DNA from: an uncultured Spirochaetota bacterium
GTDB lineage: Bacteria; Spirochaetota; UBA4802; UBA5550
NCBI GenBank assembly: GCA_963827275.1
Contig: CAWHAA010000004.1
Span: 288,001-352,000 of the forward strand
Direction of reading: 5' to 3'
Length of the DNA stretch: 64,000 nt
Under the pieces are notes generated by a model, which saw only the letters and a list, made by a program, of their open reading frames with translations, did not search any database and was not told the origin of the DNA. Positions 9,948 through 20,641 of the stretch are shown here, one piece after another; positions within the stretch are counted from its first letter, which is position 1; every line of letters starts with the position of its first letter. A program made the translations under genes and the position numbers.

Positions 9948-10892
9948 ATGAGCATGAAAAAGTCACTACTGGCGCTGTTCATCATCCCGGCGCTCCTCGC
10001 ATGCCGCGAGGAGAAGCCGGGCGATCAGGACGGCCTGCGCGCGCTTTCGATCGAGCACGGCGGCAGGACGCGTGAATGCCTTCTCCACGTTCCCGCACGG
10101 GTCCCGTCGTCACCCGCACCGCTGCTCATCGTGCTTCACGGCGCTGGCGGCACCGCGAAGGGATTGGTCAAGCTCACGAAGAACAGGTTCAATGAGCTTT
10201 CTGACGCCGCGGGCTTTTACGCCGCATACCCGACAGGCCTCGGAAAAAGCTGGAACAACTTCGGGGGCAATGCGTCCGGGTATGCCCAGCGCGAGAACAT
10301 CGACGACTCGGGTTTTATCTCGGCGTTGATTGACCGGCTCGCCGCCTCGTATCCGATAGACAGGGGCCGCATATTCGCCGCCGGCCTCTCGAACGGCGGT
10401 TTTATGTGCTACCGTCTGGCCTGCGAGCTCTCCGGGAAGATCCGCGGCATTGCCGCAATCGCCGCCACGAATCCGGTTGGCCAAAAGGAGCGGTGCCGGC
10501 CGTCCCGGCCGGTGAGCGTGATGATTATCAACGGTACGGACGACCCGATCGTGCCCTACAACGGCGGCGAGGTTTCCCTCCTCGGCAGATCGCGCGGCCG
10601 TATAACATCGACCGACGACACGGTGACGGACTGGGCGGGGATAGACGCGTGCCCGGAGAGCAGAGAGCTGGTTGAGCTGCCGGACAGCGATACCGCGGAC
10701 GGCACCAGGGTAACGCGGCTATCCATCGGCCCCTGCGGCGGGGGATCGCGGGTGGTGCTGCTCAGGGTTGCCGGCGGCGGGCACACGTGGCCCGGCGGCG
10801 TGTCCTACCTGCCGAAAACGTTCATCGGCAGGACCTCGCGTGACATCAATGCCTGCGACGAGATATGGAATTTTTTCAGCACCGTGCGGTAA
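9948..10892 (+). CDS. LpqC/PHB-depolymerase-like esterase lipoprotein
   Basis: Lipobox LLA-C; LHGAGG, GLSNGG nucleophile, GTDDPIVP and GGGHTWPG. Confidence 0.88.
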   Translation: MSMKKSLLALFIIPALLACREEKPGDQDGLRALSIEHGGRTRECLLHVPARVPSSPAPLLIVLHGAGGTAKGLVKLTKNRFNELSDAAGFYAAYPTGLGKSWNNFGGNASGYAQRENIDDSGFISALIDRLAASYPIDRGRIFAAGLSNGGFMCYRLACELSGKIRGIAAIAATNPVGQKERCRPSRPVSVMIINGTDDPIVPYNGGEVSLLGRSRGRITSTDDTVTDWAGIDACPESRELVELPDSDTADGTRVTRLSIGPCGGGSRVVLLRVAGGGHTWPGGVSYLPKTFIGRTSRDINACDEIWNFFSTVR

Positions 10893-10964
10893 GTCCGGCG
10901 GGGAAAACGGCGAAAAAGCGCAGCAGGTCGATACAGTGAAACTATAGGGGAAGGGGAGCTGTTT

Positions 10965-11411
10965 TTGATAGTACTATTTCTCTTGCTCGTGTTATGCATT
11001 TCCATCATCTTTCACATCTATTACCTGCTCCGGTATGTCAGGATCAGGACACAATCCTACCTGAGAAAATATATCAACACGGCGGTCGTCAACCTCGTGT
11101 CAGCGGGGATCTGCGTCATCATCGCCATATTCAGGCCCCAGGACATTGCGAAGATACGGGGCCCGCTGCTGATGTGGATGCTGTCCGGCGTCCTCATGAT
11201 CATGACCATTGCGCTCCAGGTGTCGATCTTCATCCGGTTGTACCGGAAGTCGAAGCTGCCCGAGCACTATCATTATAACTTTTTCGGGAAGAAGGTGCTC
11301 CACTCGTCAGTGGCGCACCCGATGGAGATAGCCCTCTTTTTTTCCTCGATCCCCATGTGTCTGGTCGCCGGCGCGTATTTCGTGGCCCGCTTTATCCGGT
11401 TTTTCCTCTGA
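10965..11411 (+). CDS. Hypothetical membrane protein (~4 TM)
   Basis: Four hydrophobic segments; GGAG RBS; TTG start. Confidence 0.7.
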   Translation: MIVLFLLLVLCISIIFHIYYLLRYVRIRTQSYLRKYINTAVVNLVSAGICVIIAIFRPQDIAKIRGPLLMWMLSGVLMIMTIALQVSIFIRLYRKSKLPEHYHYNFFGKKVLHSSVAHPMEIALFFSSIPMCLVAGAYFVARFIRFFL

Positions 11412-11464
11412 GCCCGCGGCAAAAAATCATTGATCGCCCGGTCTTCCCGCGCTACGGTGGCGGC

Positions 11465-12349
11465 ATGTACGATGAGACCTACGATGATGCCGGCATTGTC
11501 AGCGACTTCAGGGCCCGGTACGACGCGCGCATCCCCATGGACCGGGGCGCCGCGGTGCGGCGATTCAGGTCGATCATTTACGGATACTACCGGAAACACA
11601 GACGTGAGTTCCCCTGGCGGGACACGGACGATCCCTACCGGATACTTGTTTCCGAGATAATGCTCCAGCAGACGCAGACAGCGCGGGTCGCGGAAAAGTT
11701 CGTCGAGTTTGTCGATGCCTTCCCCACGGTAGAGGCGCTCGCCACCGCTCCGCTGCGCGAGGTGCTGACGGTCTGGCAGGGGATGGGGTACAACCGCCGC
11801 GCCCGCTATCTCCATGAGCTGGCGGGCAGGATCGTCGCCGCGTACGGCGGGGCGGTCCCTGATTCGCCCGAAGAGCTTTCCAAGCTCCCGGGCATCGGCA
11901 GCGCTACCGCCGCGTCCATCTGCGCCTTCGCCTTCAACCGGCCGGTGGTATTCATCGAGACCAACATACGCGCGGTATTTATTCATTTCTTTTTCCACGG
12001 CGAGGAGGGGGTCAGCGACCGGGATATCCTTCCCCTGGCCGAGGCGGCGCTTGACCGAAAGCATCCGCACCGCTGGTATTCGGCGCTCATGGATTATGGC
12101 GCGATGCTGAAGAAGCGGCACCCCAACCCGTCACGGAAAAGCGCGCACCATAAAAAACAGAAGCCGTTCACCGGGTCGCGGCGGGAGCTCCGCGGGGAAG
12201 CGCTCAGGGCCATCCTCGAACGGCCCGGGATCACGCTACTGCGTCTGGCATCGGCGGTCCGGAGGCCCGAAGGGGAGGTCGCCTCCGTGGTCGAAGAGCT
12301 GGTCCGCGAGGGGCTGATAAAAAAGGCGGGAAAGAAACTTTCTGTCTGA
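11465..12349 (+). CDS. mutY: A/G-specific adenine glycosylase, MutY-like, without Fe-S cluster
   Basis: PWR..DPYRILVSEIMLQQT, WQGMGYNRRAR and LPGIG HhH motifs; no CX6CX2CX5C. Confidence 0.85.
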   Translation: MYDETYDDAGIVSDFRARYDARIPMDRGAAVRRFRSIIYGYYRKHRREFPWRDTDDPYRILVSEIMLQQTQTARVAEKFVEFVDAFPTVEALATAPLREVLTVWQGMGYNRRARYLHELAGRIVAAYGGAVPDSPEELSKLPGIGSATAASICAFAFNRPVVFIETNIRAVFIHFFFHGEEGVSDRDILPLAEAALDRKHPHRWYSALMDYGAMLKKRHPNPSRKSAHHKKQKPFTGSRRELRGEALRAILERPGITLLRLASAVRRPEGEVASVVEELVREGLIKKAGKKLSV

Positions 12350-12366
12350 CGGGAAGCGCGCGACCG

Positions 12367-12870
12367 TCACTTGTAGGTGACGGTGATGACCTCGTCGAGG
12401 CCCTCGCTCTTTTCCGGGAGCTCTATCCTGTGATGGAGCTTGTAGATGACTTCCTGGGGCGCGGGGTTCTCGTTTTTCGCGTTGCGCTCGAGGCACTCCT
12501 CGAGCGGCCGGTTCAGGAATATCGCCCCCACCGTCTTTTTCGACTGGCGCGCCATGTCAATGAACGGCTGGCGGGACCTTTTCGTGGCAAAGGTGTTGAT
12601 GATGAGGACCTTCTTCTTTGTATGGAGGAGCTGCTCCACCGTCTTCCGCTCAATATGCTTGACCAGTGCGTCGTCCTCCTCGGTGAAATTTTCCGCTCTC
12701 CAGCGGTCTCCGAAGTGGGTCATCTCATAGATGTATCTGCGTATATCGGAGCGGCTGACGCGGCTGCGCTCTTTTTCCTTGAAGTATTTGACGGCGAACT
12801 CCGACTTCCCGGAACCGTACAGGCCGCATACAAGGATAATGTCGAGATAATCTATCTTGGCAAGGTCCAT
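12367..12870 (-). CDS. P-loop kinase/ATPase (AAA_33-like)
   Basis: Walker A GLYGSGKS; ECLERN lid; PEKSEGLDEV C-terminus. Confidence 0.8.
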   Translation of the reverse strand: MDLAKIDYLDIILVCGLYGSGKSEFAVKYFKEKERSRVSRSDIRRYIYEMTHFGDRWRAENFTEEDDALVKHIERKTVEQLLHTKKKVLIINTFATKRSRQPFIDMARQSKKTVGAIFLNRPLEECLERNAKNENPAPQEVIYKLHHRIELPEKSEGLDEVITVTYK

Positions 12871-13036
12871 GGCAATCTCCTTTTGAAAAATATATGATAC
12901 TATTCCAATAATGTCAATAACTATAATCACCGGGCACCGCAGTAATGATCAGTAATCTTCGGTGCCGGCCCGTCGTCTTTTTTCATTGACTAAATTCATG
13001 CGATGGGGTATCTTTCGTTTGATACAGATACAGTCG

Positions 13037-15268
13037 ATGAAAAAGAGACGAACCCGCCATATTCTGAAGAAAGCATCGCGGATCGGGATATTTACGATAG
13101 CAGGCATCGTGCTTGGGCTGATCGTACATTATTCCCTCGTGCAGATGGAAAAAATTGCGCCGCATATCCCGGTGCGGGATGTGTCTGCCGTGGTAACGGA
13201 TGCCGCCGCAGACGTGGTCGCTCAGTTCCCGCCTTCCATGCCGGTCAATGTCAGGTCCTTTAAAGAAAGAACATCCCTTGAAGGACCGTGGAAAATATTT
13301 CTCGGCGATGACAGTGGATACGCGTCTCCCGGGTACGATGATTCCGCATGGGACACGGTACGGTTACCCGGCTCTTTGATGAGGTATATATTCAAAAAGA
13401 AGGGGTTCCTTACCGGCGAGGTGGACGGCGTTCTCTGGATCAGGAAAACGATCGCTATCGGCAGCGACCTTTCCCGCGAGGACATCGGCTTGATCCTGGG
13501 AAGGATCGCCAACGCGGACGAGACCTTTGTCAACGGGGTTAAGGTCGGCGGCATGGGCGCGTTCCCGCCGCGCGAATTTTCGATGTGGAACCATCCCCGG
13601 TACTACCAGGTTTCACGGTCATTGATACGCTATGGCGGGAACAATGTCATAGCGGTGCGGATATGGTACCACACCTTCGGGGAATTAATGGATGTCCCCG
13701 CCGTGACGGGCCTCAGCGACTGGCAGGTCAGCAGAACGCTGTCGAATTTTTTTATTATCACGCTCGACTATATCATTATCGCCATGGGCCTCCCGATCTT
13801 TCTCATTTTCCTGGTGTTCTATTTAAGAAGGAAAATCTCGAAGGAATACCTCGTTTACAGTTTTCAGCTCCTGTTTGGTCTCGTGATCATCATGGAATTA
13901 TGCAATTACTGGAACGTATATGGAGACAATCTTAACCGGGTAAAGGTGCTTATCTACTCCTGGGCCGCCATCAATGTCATGCACCCTGTTTTTCTCCACC
14001 GGTTTTACAATCTGGAAAGGAAAAAAACCGAAACTATGCTCTGGATCCTTTTTGCGATGGTCATTTTTCTCGGGATATTTTTCACGGATACGGCGTGGGT
14101 CCGGCCGCACGGGGGCTTTGGTATTTCAGCCCTGGTAATGGTAGGCTTTTATAACTTTTCATGCCATATTTCAGCCCTGTATAAAAAGAAGCCCTACGCG
14201 AAGCTTTTCGCTTTTTTCGGGAGCACCGTAGTGATCGGGGCGATACATGACGGGTTCTGCTACCTGTTCAAGATAATCGGCTATTATCCGGATTTCGGCG
14301 TACTGTTCAAGTTCATGATATTTCCCGCTACCGCGTTCGTCCTGTACATGGGAACGACCCTGGTAATGGTTTCGCGTATCATCAGCGGGATGGACGAGCT
14401 TAACGACTTGAACGAGAACCTCGAGGAAAAGGTGCGCAACCGTACGAATGAGCTCCATGCCGCTATGGAGGAGATGGAATCCATGAACGACCAGTTGACG
14501 AAAACGCGGGACGCTCTCTGGGGCGAGATGATGCTGGCGAAAAAAATCCAGACGATCCTCCTGCCGCAGAAGCCGGTAATAGAAGGATTCGAGATAACCG
14601 CGGTGATGCTCCCCGCTGAGAATGTGGGGGGCGACTATTACGACATTATCAATGCCGGCGGAAGGTCGTGGCTCGTTATCGGCGATGTGGCGGGCCACGG
14701 CGTTCCCGCGGGCATCATCATGATGATGGTGCAGACATCGATTCATACCGCCGTCATACAGAACCCCGACCTGTCGCCCGCGGAGCTGCTCTCGGTCATT
14801 AATCGCGCCATTACCGGGAACATACGGCAGCTCCATGAAGATACCTACGTCACCATAACCGTGTTTGCCGTGTTTGCCGGCGGGCAGCTCACTTTTTCCG
14901 GGCTCCACCAGGATATCATGGTGTACCGCGCCGGAAGCGGGACGGTGGAGGTCATTGAAACCGACGGCATCCTGATCGGCCTGAAATATGATATCGACGC
15001 CATGATCGGGAATTCGAATCTGGTGCTGGCCCCCGGGGATTGCCTGCTGGTATATACCGACGGTATCACGGAAGCCTGGAAGAAGGGATCGGTCAGTGGA
15101 ATGCGCAATCCCGAGACCGACATGTACGGGGAGGAGATGCTCCGCACGGTCTTCATGAAAACGGGCGGCCGTTCCACCGAAGAGATAAAGAAGGCGATTC
15201 TCGACTCCCTCTCTGGATATGACTGTACGGATGACGTGACCATGGTAGTCGTGAAACGACTTCCGTAA
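13037..15268 (+). CDS. Membrane sensor PP2C (SpoIIE/RsbU) phosphatase with extracytoplasmic galactose-binding-like domain and multi-TM region
   Basis: LEGPW..GDD..YDDSAW and DETFVNG sugar-binding fold; ~7 TM helices; AKKIQ, GGDYYD, GDVAGHG, YTDG and DDVT motifs. Confidence 0.9.
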   Translation: MKKRRTRHILKKASRIGIFTIAGIVLGLIVHYSLVQMEKIAPHIPVRDVSAVVTDAAADVVAQFPPSMPVNVRSFKERTSLEGPWKIFLGDDSGYASPGYDDSAWDTVRLPGSLMRYIFKKKGFLTGEVDGVLWIRKTIAIGSDLSREDIGLILGRIANADETFVNGVKVGGMGAFPPREFSMWNHPRYYQVSRSLIRYGGNNVIAVRIWYHTFGELMDVPAVTGLSDWQVSRTLSNFFIITLDYIIIAMGLPIFLIFLVFYLRRKISKEYLVYSFQLLFGLVIIMELCNYWNVYGDNLNRVKVLIYSWAAINVMHPVFLHRFYNLERKKTETMLWILFAMVIFLGIFFTDTAWVRPHGGFGISALVMVGFYNFSCHISALYKKKPYAKLFAFFGSTVVIGAIHDGFCYLFKIIGYYPDFGVLFKFMIFPATAFVLYMGTTLVMVSRIISGMDELNDLNENLEEKVRNRTNELHAAMEEMESMNDQLTKTRDALWGEMMLAKKIQTILLPQKPVIEGFEITAVMLPAENVGGDYYDIINAGGRSWLVIGDVAGHGVPAGIIMMMVQTSIHTAVIQNPDLSPAELLSVINRAITGNIRQLHEDTYVTITVFAVFAGGQLTFSGLHQDIMVYRAGSGTVEVIETDGILIGLKYDIDAMIGNSNLVLAPGDCLLVYTDGITEAWKKGSVSGMRNPETDMYGEEMLRTVFMKTGGRSTEEIKKAILDSLSGYDCTDDVTMVVVKRLP

Positions 15269-15418
15269 CGCGGGCGCCGGTGCATGACGTTTTCTGATTG
15301 ATCAGATTTTAGCAAGACAGAAGGCCCCGGATCTGTTATAAAACCATATCTCTGGCTCCATCTCGCAAGTGGTTCTGCCATTCAAACAGATAGAGAAAAT
15401 GGATGAGGGGAAAGGGAT

Positions 15419-15688
15419 ATGGAGAAATCGTCGGTGTGGAAATTCCCGCCTGTTGTCGATATCTGCCAGGTTTCGCTCTACCTGAGCGTCTTCAACAGGC
15501 TGTCTCACACGGAACAGATCGTCTTTGACATGAAGGAGATCGAAGAGATTCATTCGTCCTTCATCGGGTTCCTGGTCTTCTGCAAGGAGAGACTGGGAAC
15601 GGACGGCGGACAGCTTGTCCTGCAATTGTCTCCATACCTGGAGCAGACCCTCGGGTTTCTTGGAATGGGAGAATACCTGTCCGAATAG
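15419..15688 (+). CDS. STAS-domain protein (anti-anti-sigma-like)
   Basis: IVFDMKEIEEIHSSFIGFL...GGQLVL...LGFLG pattern; lies next to the PP2C gene. Confidence 0.7.
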   Translation: MEKSSVWKFPPVVDICQVSLYLSVFNRLSHTEQIVFDMKEIEEIHSSFIGFLVFCKERLGTDGGQLVLQLSPYLEQTLGFLGMGEYLSE

Positions 15689-15888
15689 TCCCTCCTGGCT
15701 CCGGTCAGCGAACCGGCGGTCCGTTCATGCGCGGCGTTGTATTGACCACAGGTGAATTTCCTTCAATTGACGCTTTGCGATGACAGCAGAAAAATGAGAA
15801 CGGCTGACCTGCTCCCGGTTATTCACTCGACGGATGCACGGCGGTTGCGTATAAACGGGAACCCATAGAACATAAAGGATGCTATCAG

Positions 15889-16830
15889 ATGATAATTAAA
15901 TGGATTAGGCGGTTCCTGGCCCTGCCGGCTTTCGGCATGCTGAATATACCCGTCGAAGAACTGAAAGAGCGGTATGGGACGGATGAAGACAGGTACCTCG
16001 AGTACAACGGGCTGCAGATACGGTACCGCGATGAGGGCAGGGGCCCGGCGCTGGTCTTGCTCCATGGCGTGTGCGCGTTCCTCGAGACCTGGGACGGCTG
16101 GGCCCGTGAACTGAAAAAGCATTTTCGGGTGATACGGCTCGATGTCCCGGGGTTCGGCCTGACCGGGCCCGCGCCGGACAGGAGCTACTATCAACGCGAG
16201 AACATGATCGCCGTCATGGATGGCCTTGTCTCGAAGCTGGGCCTGAAGACGTTCTCCATCATCGGCAATTCCCTGGGCGGTTATATCGGGTGGAACTACG
16301 CGCTCGAGCATCCTGACAAGGTGAATAAACTCATTCTCGTGGATCCGGTCGGATATTCCCAGAAATTGCCGTTTCTCCTTACGTTTGCCAGCAATCCGCT
16401 TGTACGCCCCTTTGCGCAAAGGGGCATGCCCCGTTTTTTTCTGTACAATGCGGTACAACAGGTGTATGGCGATACAACGAGGCTGACCCGCGAAGTCAAA
16501 AACCGTTATTTTGCGTATGCCATGCGGGCGGGAAATAAAAAATCATACGTGGACATTTTTCTGGAGATGAAAAAACAGAACAAGAACCCCTCCCTGTCGA
16601 AGGACATCCCCGGCATAACGGTCCCCACCCTTGTCATGTGGGGGAAAAAAGACCGGTGGATACCCTACAAGTATTTTGAAAGCTGGAAGAGGGACCTGCC
16701 GCAGGCACGGTTCATAGCCTATGAGGGCGCCGGTCATGTGCCGATGGAAGAGATCCCTGAAAAAACCGTGGCGGACGCAGTAGCGTTTCTTGCACACCAG
16801 TCACCGGGAAGGCCGGCCCCGGCCCGATGA
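15889..16830 (+). CDS. Alpha/beta hydrolase
   Basis: LLHG, DVPGFG, GNSLGG, WGKKD and GHVPMEE motifs. Confidence 0.92.
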   Translation: MIIKWIRRFLALPAFGMLNIPVEELKERYGTDEDRYLEYNGLQIRYRDEGRGPALVLLHGVCAFLETWDGWARELKKHFRVIRLDVPGFGLTGPAPDRSYYQRENMIAVMDGLVSKLGLKTFSIIGNSLGGYIGWNYALEHPDKVNKLILVDPVGYSQKLPFLLTFASNPLVRPFAQRGMPRFFLYNAVQQVYGDTTRLTREVKNRYFAYAMRAGNKKSYVDIFLEMKKQNKNPSLSKDIPGITVPTLVMWGKKDRWIPYKYFESWKRDLPQARFIAYEGAGHVPMEEIPEKTVADAVAFLAHQSPGRPAPAR

Positions 16831-16856
16831 CAGGCAGGGGGCCGGAATCCGCCTGC

Positions 16857-17051
16857 CTATTGTTCTATTATGTCATATACCAGGTTGAAGCCGGCCATGC
16901 ACGCAAGGAGTGCCTTGAGCGGCATTCCCCTGGTCACGGAAATCATGTGATCGTTTTTTACTTCCCGGTATTCCCACGCGTTATTGTCAACCACGATGGA
17001 CCCTGAATATTCCATCGTGTCCATGTCGTAGAGTTTGATCTCCATATTCAT
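16857..17051 (-). CDS. Small hypothetical protein
   Basis: 64-aa ORF with GAGGA RBS. Confidence 0.6.
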   Translation of the reverse strand: MNMEIKLYDMDTMEYSGSIVVDNNAWEYREVKNDHMISVTRGMPLKALLACMAGFNLVYDIIEQ

Positions 17052-17457
17052 TTATTCCTCGCTTGTATCATGCTGATGATCGCGCGGAGCGCCGGTTTGC
17101 GTCAATAAAAATATTTGTCGAACAGCCTCGTCCGGACCGCGGAGACCGGAACGATCCGTGGCCGCGTATTTTTATATACAAAATGTCTTTTTTATTAATT
17201 GGTATTTTACTTGACGCTTTGTATTTATCATAATAATTTACTAAAATATATGTTTTTATCCGTGGGGCGCGTGCCCCGCCGCGGTCTGCTGGTGATTGGT
17301 CGTATCGGAGATATGCGCGTCATGAACCGCTCACCGGGCCCCGATGTGCTGAGCGCCGGGCCGGAACGCGCAACAAAATGCGGTCAAATGCTAATTATTT
17401 GATTATCCGGCGTCGAAATTATAGTAATAGGAAAATTTATTACTGAAAGGTTCATGA

Positions 17458-18689
17458 ATGAAGAAATGGTCGATTACCGGCGGGACAGTACTAACACCAG
17501 AAAAAACCATAAAGAACGGCGTTATTCAGCTCGATAACGGAAAGTTCGGGAAGGTAGCCGCGGGGGCCGCCGGGGCGTACGGTGAACCTGGACGCGAAGA
17601 AATGCGTCATCGTCCCCGGGCTCATAAACGCGCACGACCATCTCCTTGGCACCTATCACCCGAAGATCGGGAACGGTCCCTATGTCAACTGGCTCCCCTG
17701 GGACAATGACCTGAAGAGCTCTCCCCTGTACGAGGAGCGGTGCCAGATAGAGAACCGCGATCTCTACCTCCTCGGCGCGTACCGCAACCTGGTCTCCGGG
17801 GTCACCCTTGTCTCCGACCACATGCCGCATTTTGTGGGAGACCCGTTCTATGACTCGCTTCCCACCAGGGCGGTCAGGAAGTTTGCCCTGGCGCATTCCG
17901 TAACCTCGTTCGCGCTGGCATGGGGCGACGGTATAACCGTTGAATACAAAAAGGCGGTCAAGGAGAACATCCCCTTCGTGACGCATATCGCCGAGGGCTT
18001 TGATGAAGAAACGAAGCAGGATATATCGGTCATCAACCGGCTCGGCGGTCTCGGCGACCATTCCGTGTTCGTGCACTGCATCGCATTTTCCGACGCAGAC
18101 CTGGACCTGGTGATAGAACGCGGCGCGTCCTGCGTCTGGTGCTGCGATTCCAACATGTTCATGTACGGCAAGACCCTTGACGCGAAGAAGTTCCTGAAAA
18201 AGGGCGTGAACCTCTGTATCGGCACCGACTCGTCCGCGACGGGGGGCGAAAACATCCTCTATGAAATGAAATATGACAAGATGATATACCACCGGCTGTA
18301 CGGCGATGAACTTTCAGACGAGATGATTTTGAAAATGGTCACGGTCAACCCGGCGAAGGCCTTCTGGAGGAAGGACCTTGGACGGATCGAGGAGGGCTGC
18401 ACCGCCGACCTCTGCGTCGTCAGGGACCGCGGCGGCTCGCCCGCGGGATCGGTGGTGAACGCGCACCTGCGCGACGTGATGCTGGTGGTCATCGACGGCA
18501 TGCCGGTGTACGGCGACGCCGCATACGCCGACGTATTCGATGAGCTCGGCGTCGCGTACCGCCGCGATTGAGATGGACGGGGTGAGCAAGGTGATCATCG
18601 GCGATCCGGAAGGGATGCTGAGGAGAATCAGCAGGGCGGTCGGGTTCAAAAAGGAATTCCCGTTCCTTCCGATCGATTTTGATATTTAG
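17458..18689 (+). CDS. Metal-dependent amidohydrolase (COG0402 deaminase-like); two apparent +1 frameshifts (~17578, ~18565)
   Basis: PGLINAHDH, THIAEG, VHC, GTDS and G..ADL motifs; pieces join into one ~410-aa protein. Confidence 0.85.
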
Positions 18690-18706
18690 TACACGGGGGT
18701 CGCGCG

Positions 18707-19928
18707 ATGTCTAACGGCGCCGGATCAGGGCCATCGGGGATAATAACCAGGACGTACAAGGCCGGGTCCATCATATATTTCGAGAACGACAAGAGCGAGT
18801 ATATATACATACTCAAGGCCGGCAAGGTCGTCCTCACCTCGATCAAGCTGGATACGGGGGAGGAAACAAAGGAAGAGGTCCGGCAGGGCGAGTTCTTCGG
18901 CGTCAAGTCCGCGCTGGGAAAATACCCGCGCGAGGAGACGGCCCAGACGATGGGAAACACCATTGTCCTGGTGCTCACGCCGGCGGACTTTGAGCGCCTT
19001 GTGCTCAAGAACGCCAACGTGGTCAAGAAGATGCTCCGGGTGTTCAGCAACCAGCTCCGGCGCATCGTCAAGATGGAGCGCTCGGTCCTCGGCGAGGCGG
19101 AGATCGTGAATCCCGATGCCGAGCTCTTTAAAATCGGCGAATATTATTACAAGGCCGGCGTGGTGAAGCACGCGCAGTACGCCTACAAGCGTTACATGGA
19201 ATATTACCCGGACGGGCCGAACGCGGCCCTCGCGATGAAGCGCATCCGCGGCATCGACGCGGGCGAGCCGGCGCCGTCCGACATCGGCGGCCCGGACCCG
19301 GGACCGGCGGAATCGCCGGCGCGGCCCGCCAGGGCCGGCAGCGATTTTTCCATCGATGAGCCGGGCGGCGAGAGCGACATGATCGATTTCGACGACGACC
19401 TCGCACGAGGACGATCCGTCGCGCGGGAACTCGGACAGCACGCTGGCGCTGTCCGACGAGATGGACGATTTTCTGTCGGACAAAAACGCGCCGAGCATGG
19501 ATGATTTCTCCCTCGATGACGCGGCCGCGGGCGATTCCCCCGCCGAACTGAACAAAGCGGCGGACGCATCCTTTTCCAGGGGGAATTACAGCACCGCGCT
19601 GGGGATCTACCAGAAGATCATCGCCCTCAACAGGACGGCAGGGAACGACGAGAAGAAACTGCTCGAGAAGGCCCACTTCGACGCCGGGCGGTGCCTCATC
19701 GAGATGGGGAAACCGAAGGAGGCCCTCGACATCCTTTCGAAAATCCTGCGCAGTTTCCCCGGCTCGCCGTACGTGAAGATGTCCATCTACCACATCGGAT
19801 TGATCTTTGAATCGGTGAACCAGAAGGACAAGGCGATCACCTATTACAACAAGGTGCTCAACATGTCGCCGAAGGACAGGCTCAACAGCGAAGCGCTCAA
19901 CAAGATAAAACTTCTGCAGGGTAAGTAA
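18707..19928 (+). CDS. Cyclic-nucleotide-binding domain plus TPR protein; apparent +1 frameshift ~19404
   Basis: N-terminal CNB fold (IIYFEND...YILKAG...GEFFG...PR); TPRs; acidic linker. Confidence 0.85.
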
Positions 19929-19929
19929 C

Positions 19930-20584
19930 ATGACGGCACTGGCTCTTGATGAGAGATTTTTCGAGAAATTCGGCGTGGAGTATTCCCCGAACGAGATAAT
20001 ATTCTGCGAATGGGAGCCGGGCAACGAGTTTTATTTCATCCAGTCCGGCAACGTCCGGATCGTCAAGCTGATCCAGAACAGGGAGAAGAACCTGAGCGTC
20101 CTCACCGACGGCGACGTGTTCGGCGAGATGGCGATACTCGAGGAGCAGCCCCGCTCGGCGACGGCGATCGCCATCGACCACGTGAAGCTCCTCAAGTTCC
20201 ACCGTGACAATTTCGACACGCTGATGTCGGGAAATCCCGCAGCTGGCGTACAAGCTCCTGGTGATCTTCTCCAAGCGGATCTACGACGCGAAGCGGCGCC
20301 TCATGATCCTCCTGCTCGAGGAGCCCCAGCTCAAGGTCATGGACGTCATTGTCATGCTCGCCGAGCAGGACCCGCACCTCGACCTGCAGAACGAGATAGC
20401 CCTCCAGGTGACGGCCCAGGACGTCGCGCGGTGGGCCGGGCTTTCGGAGTCTGACGCGCAAAAAGAATTGACACATTTGAGCCGCACTGACAAGATTGAA
20501 TTGTTCGGCGACAAGATCGTTGTCAAAAAGATAAGGGAATTCCAGCGGCTTGTTGCTTCAAGACGGAAGAGCATGTACCAGTAA
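19930..20584 (+). CDS. Crp/Fnr-family regulator; apparent +1 frameshift ~20237
   Basis: [16 protein letters not shown] phosphate-binding cassette; C-terminal winged [15 protein letters not shown]. Confidence 0.88.
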
Positions 20585-20641
20585 CACCCTCAACGTATCG
20601 TTGCCGATCCAGACAGTATGCCAAGATAGCAATTCAACAGT

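Noticed and set aside
17240..17457. GC-rich ~200-nt leader of the amidohydrolase operon as a riboswitch
   Set aside because: No recognisable aptamer consensus or expression platform by eye; an Rfam scan would be needed
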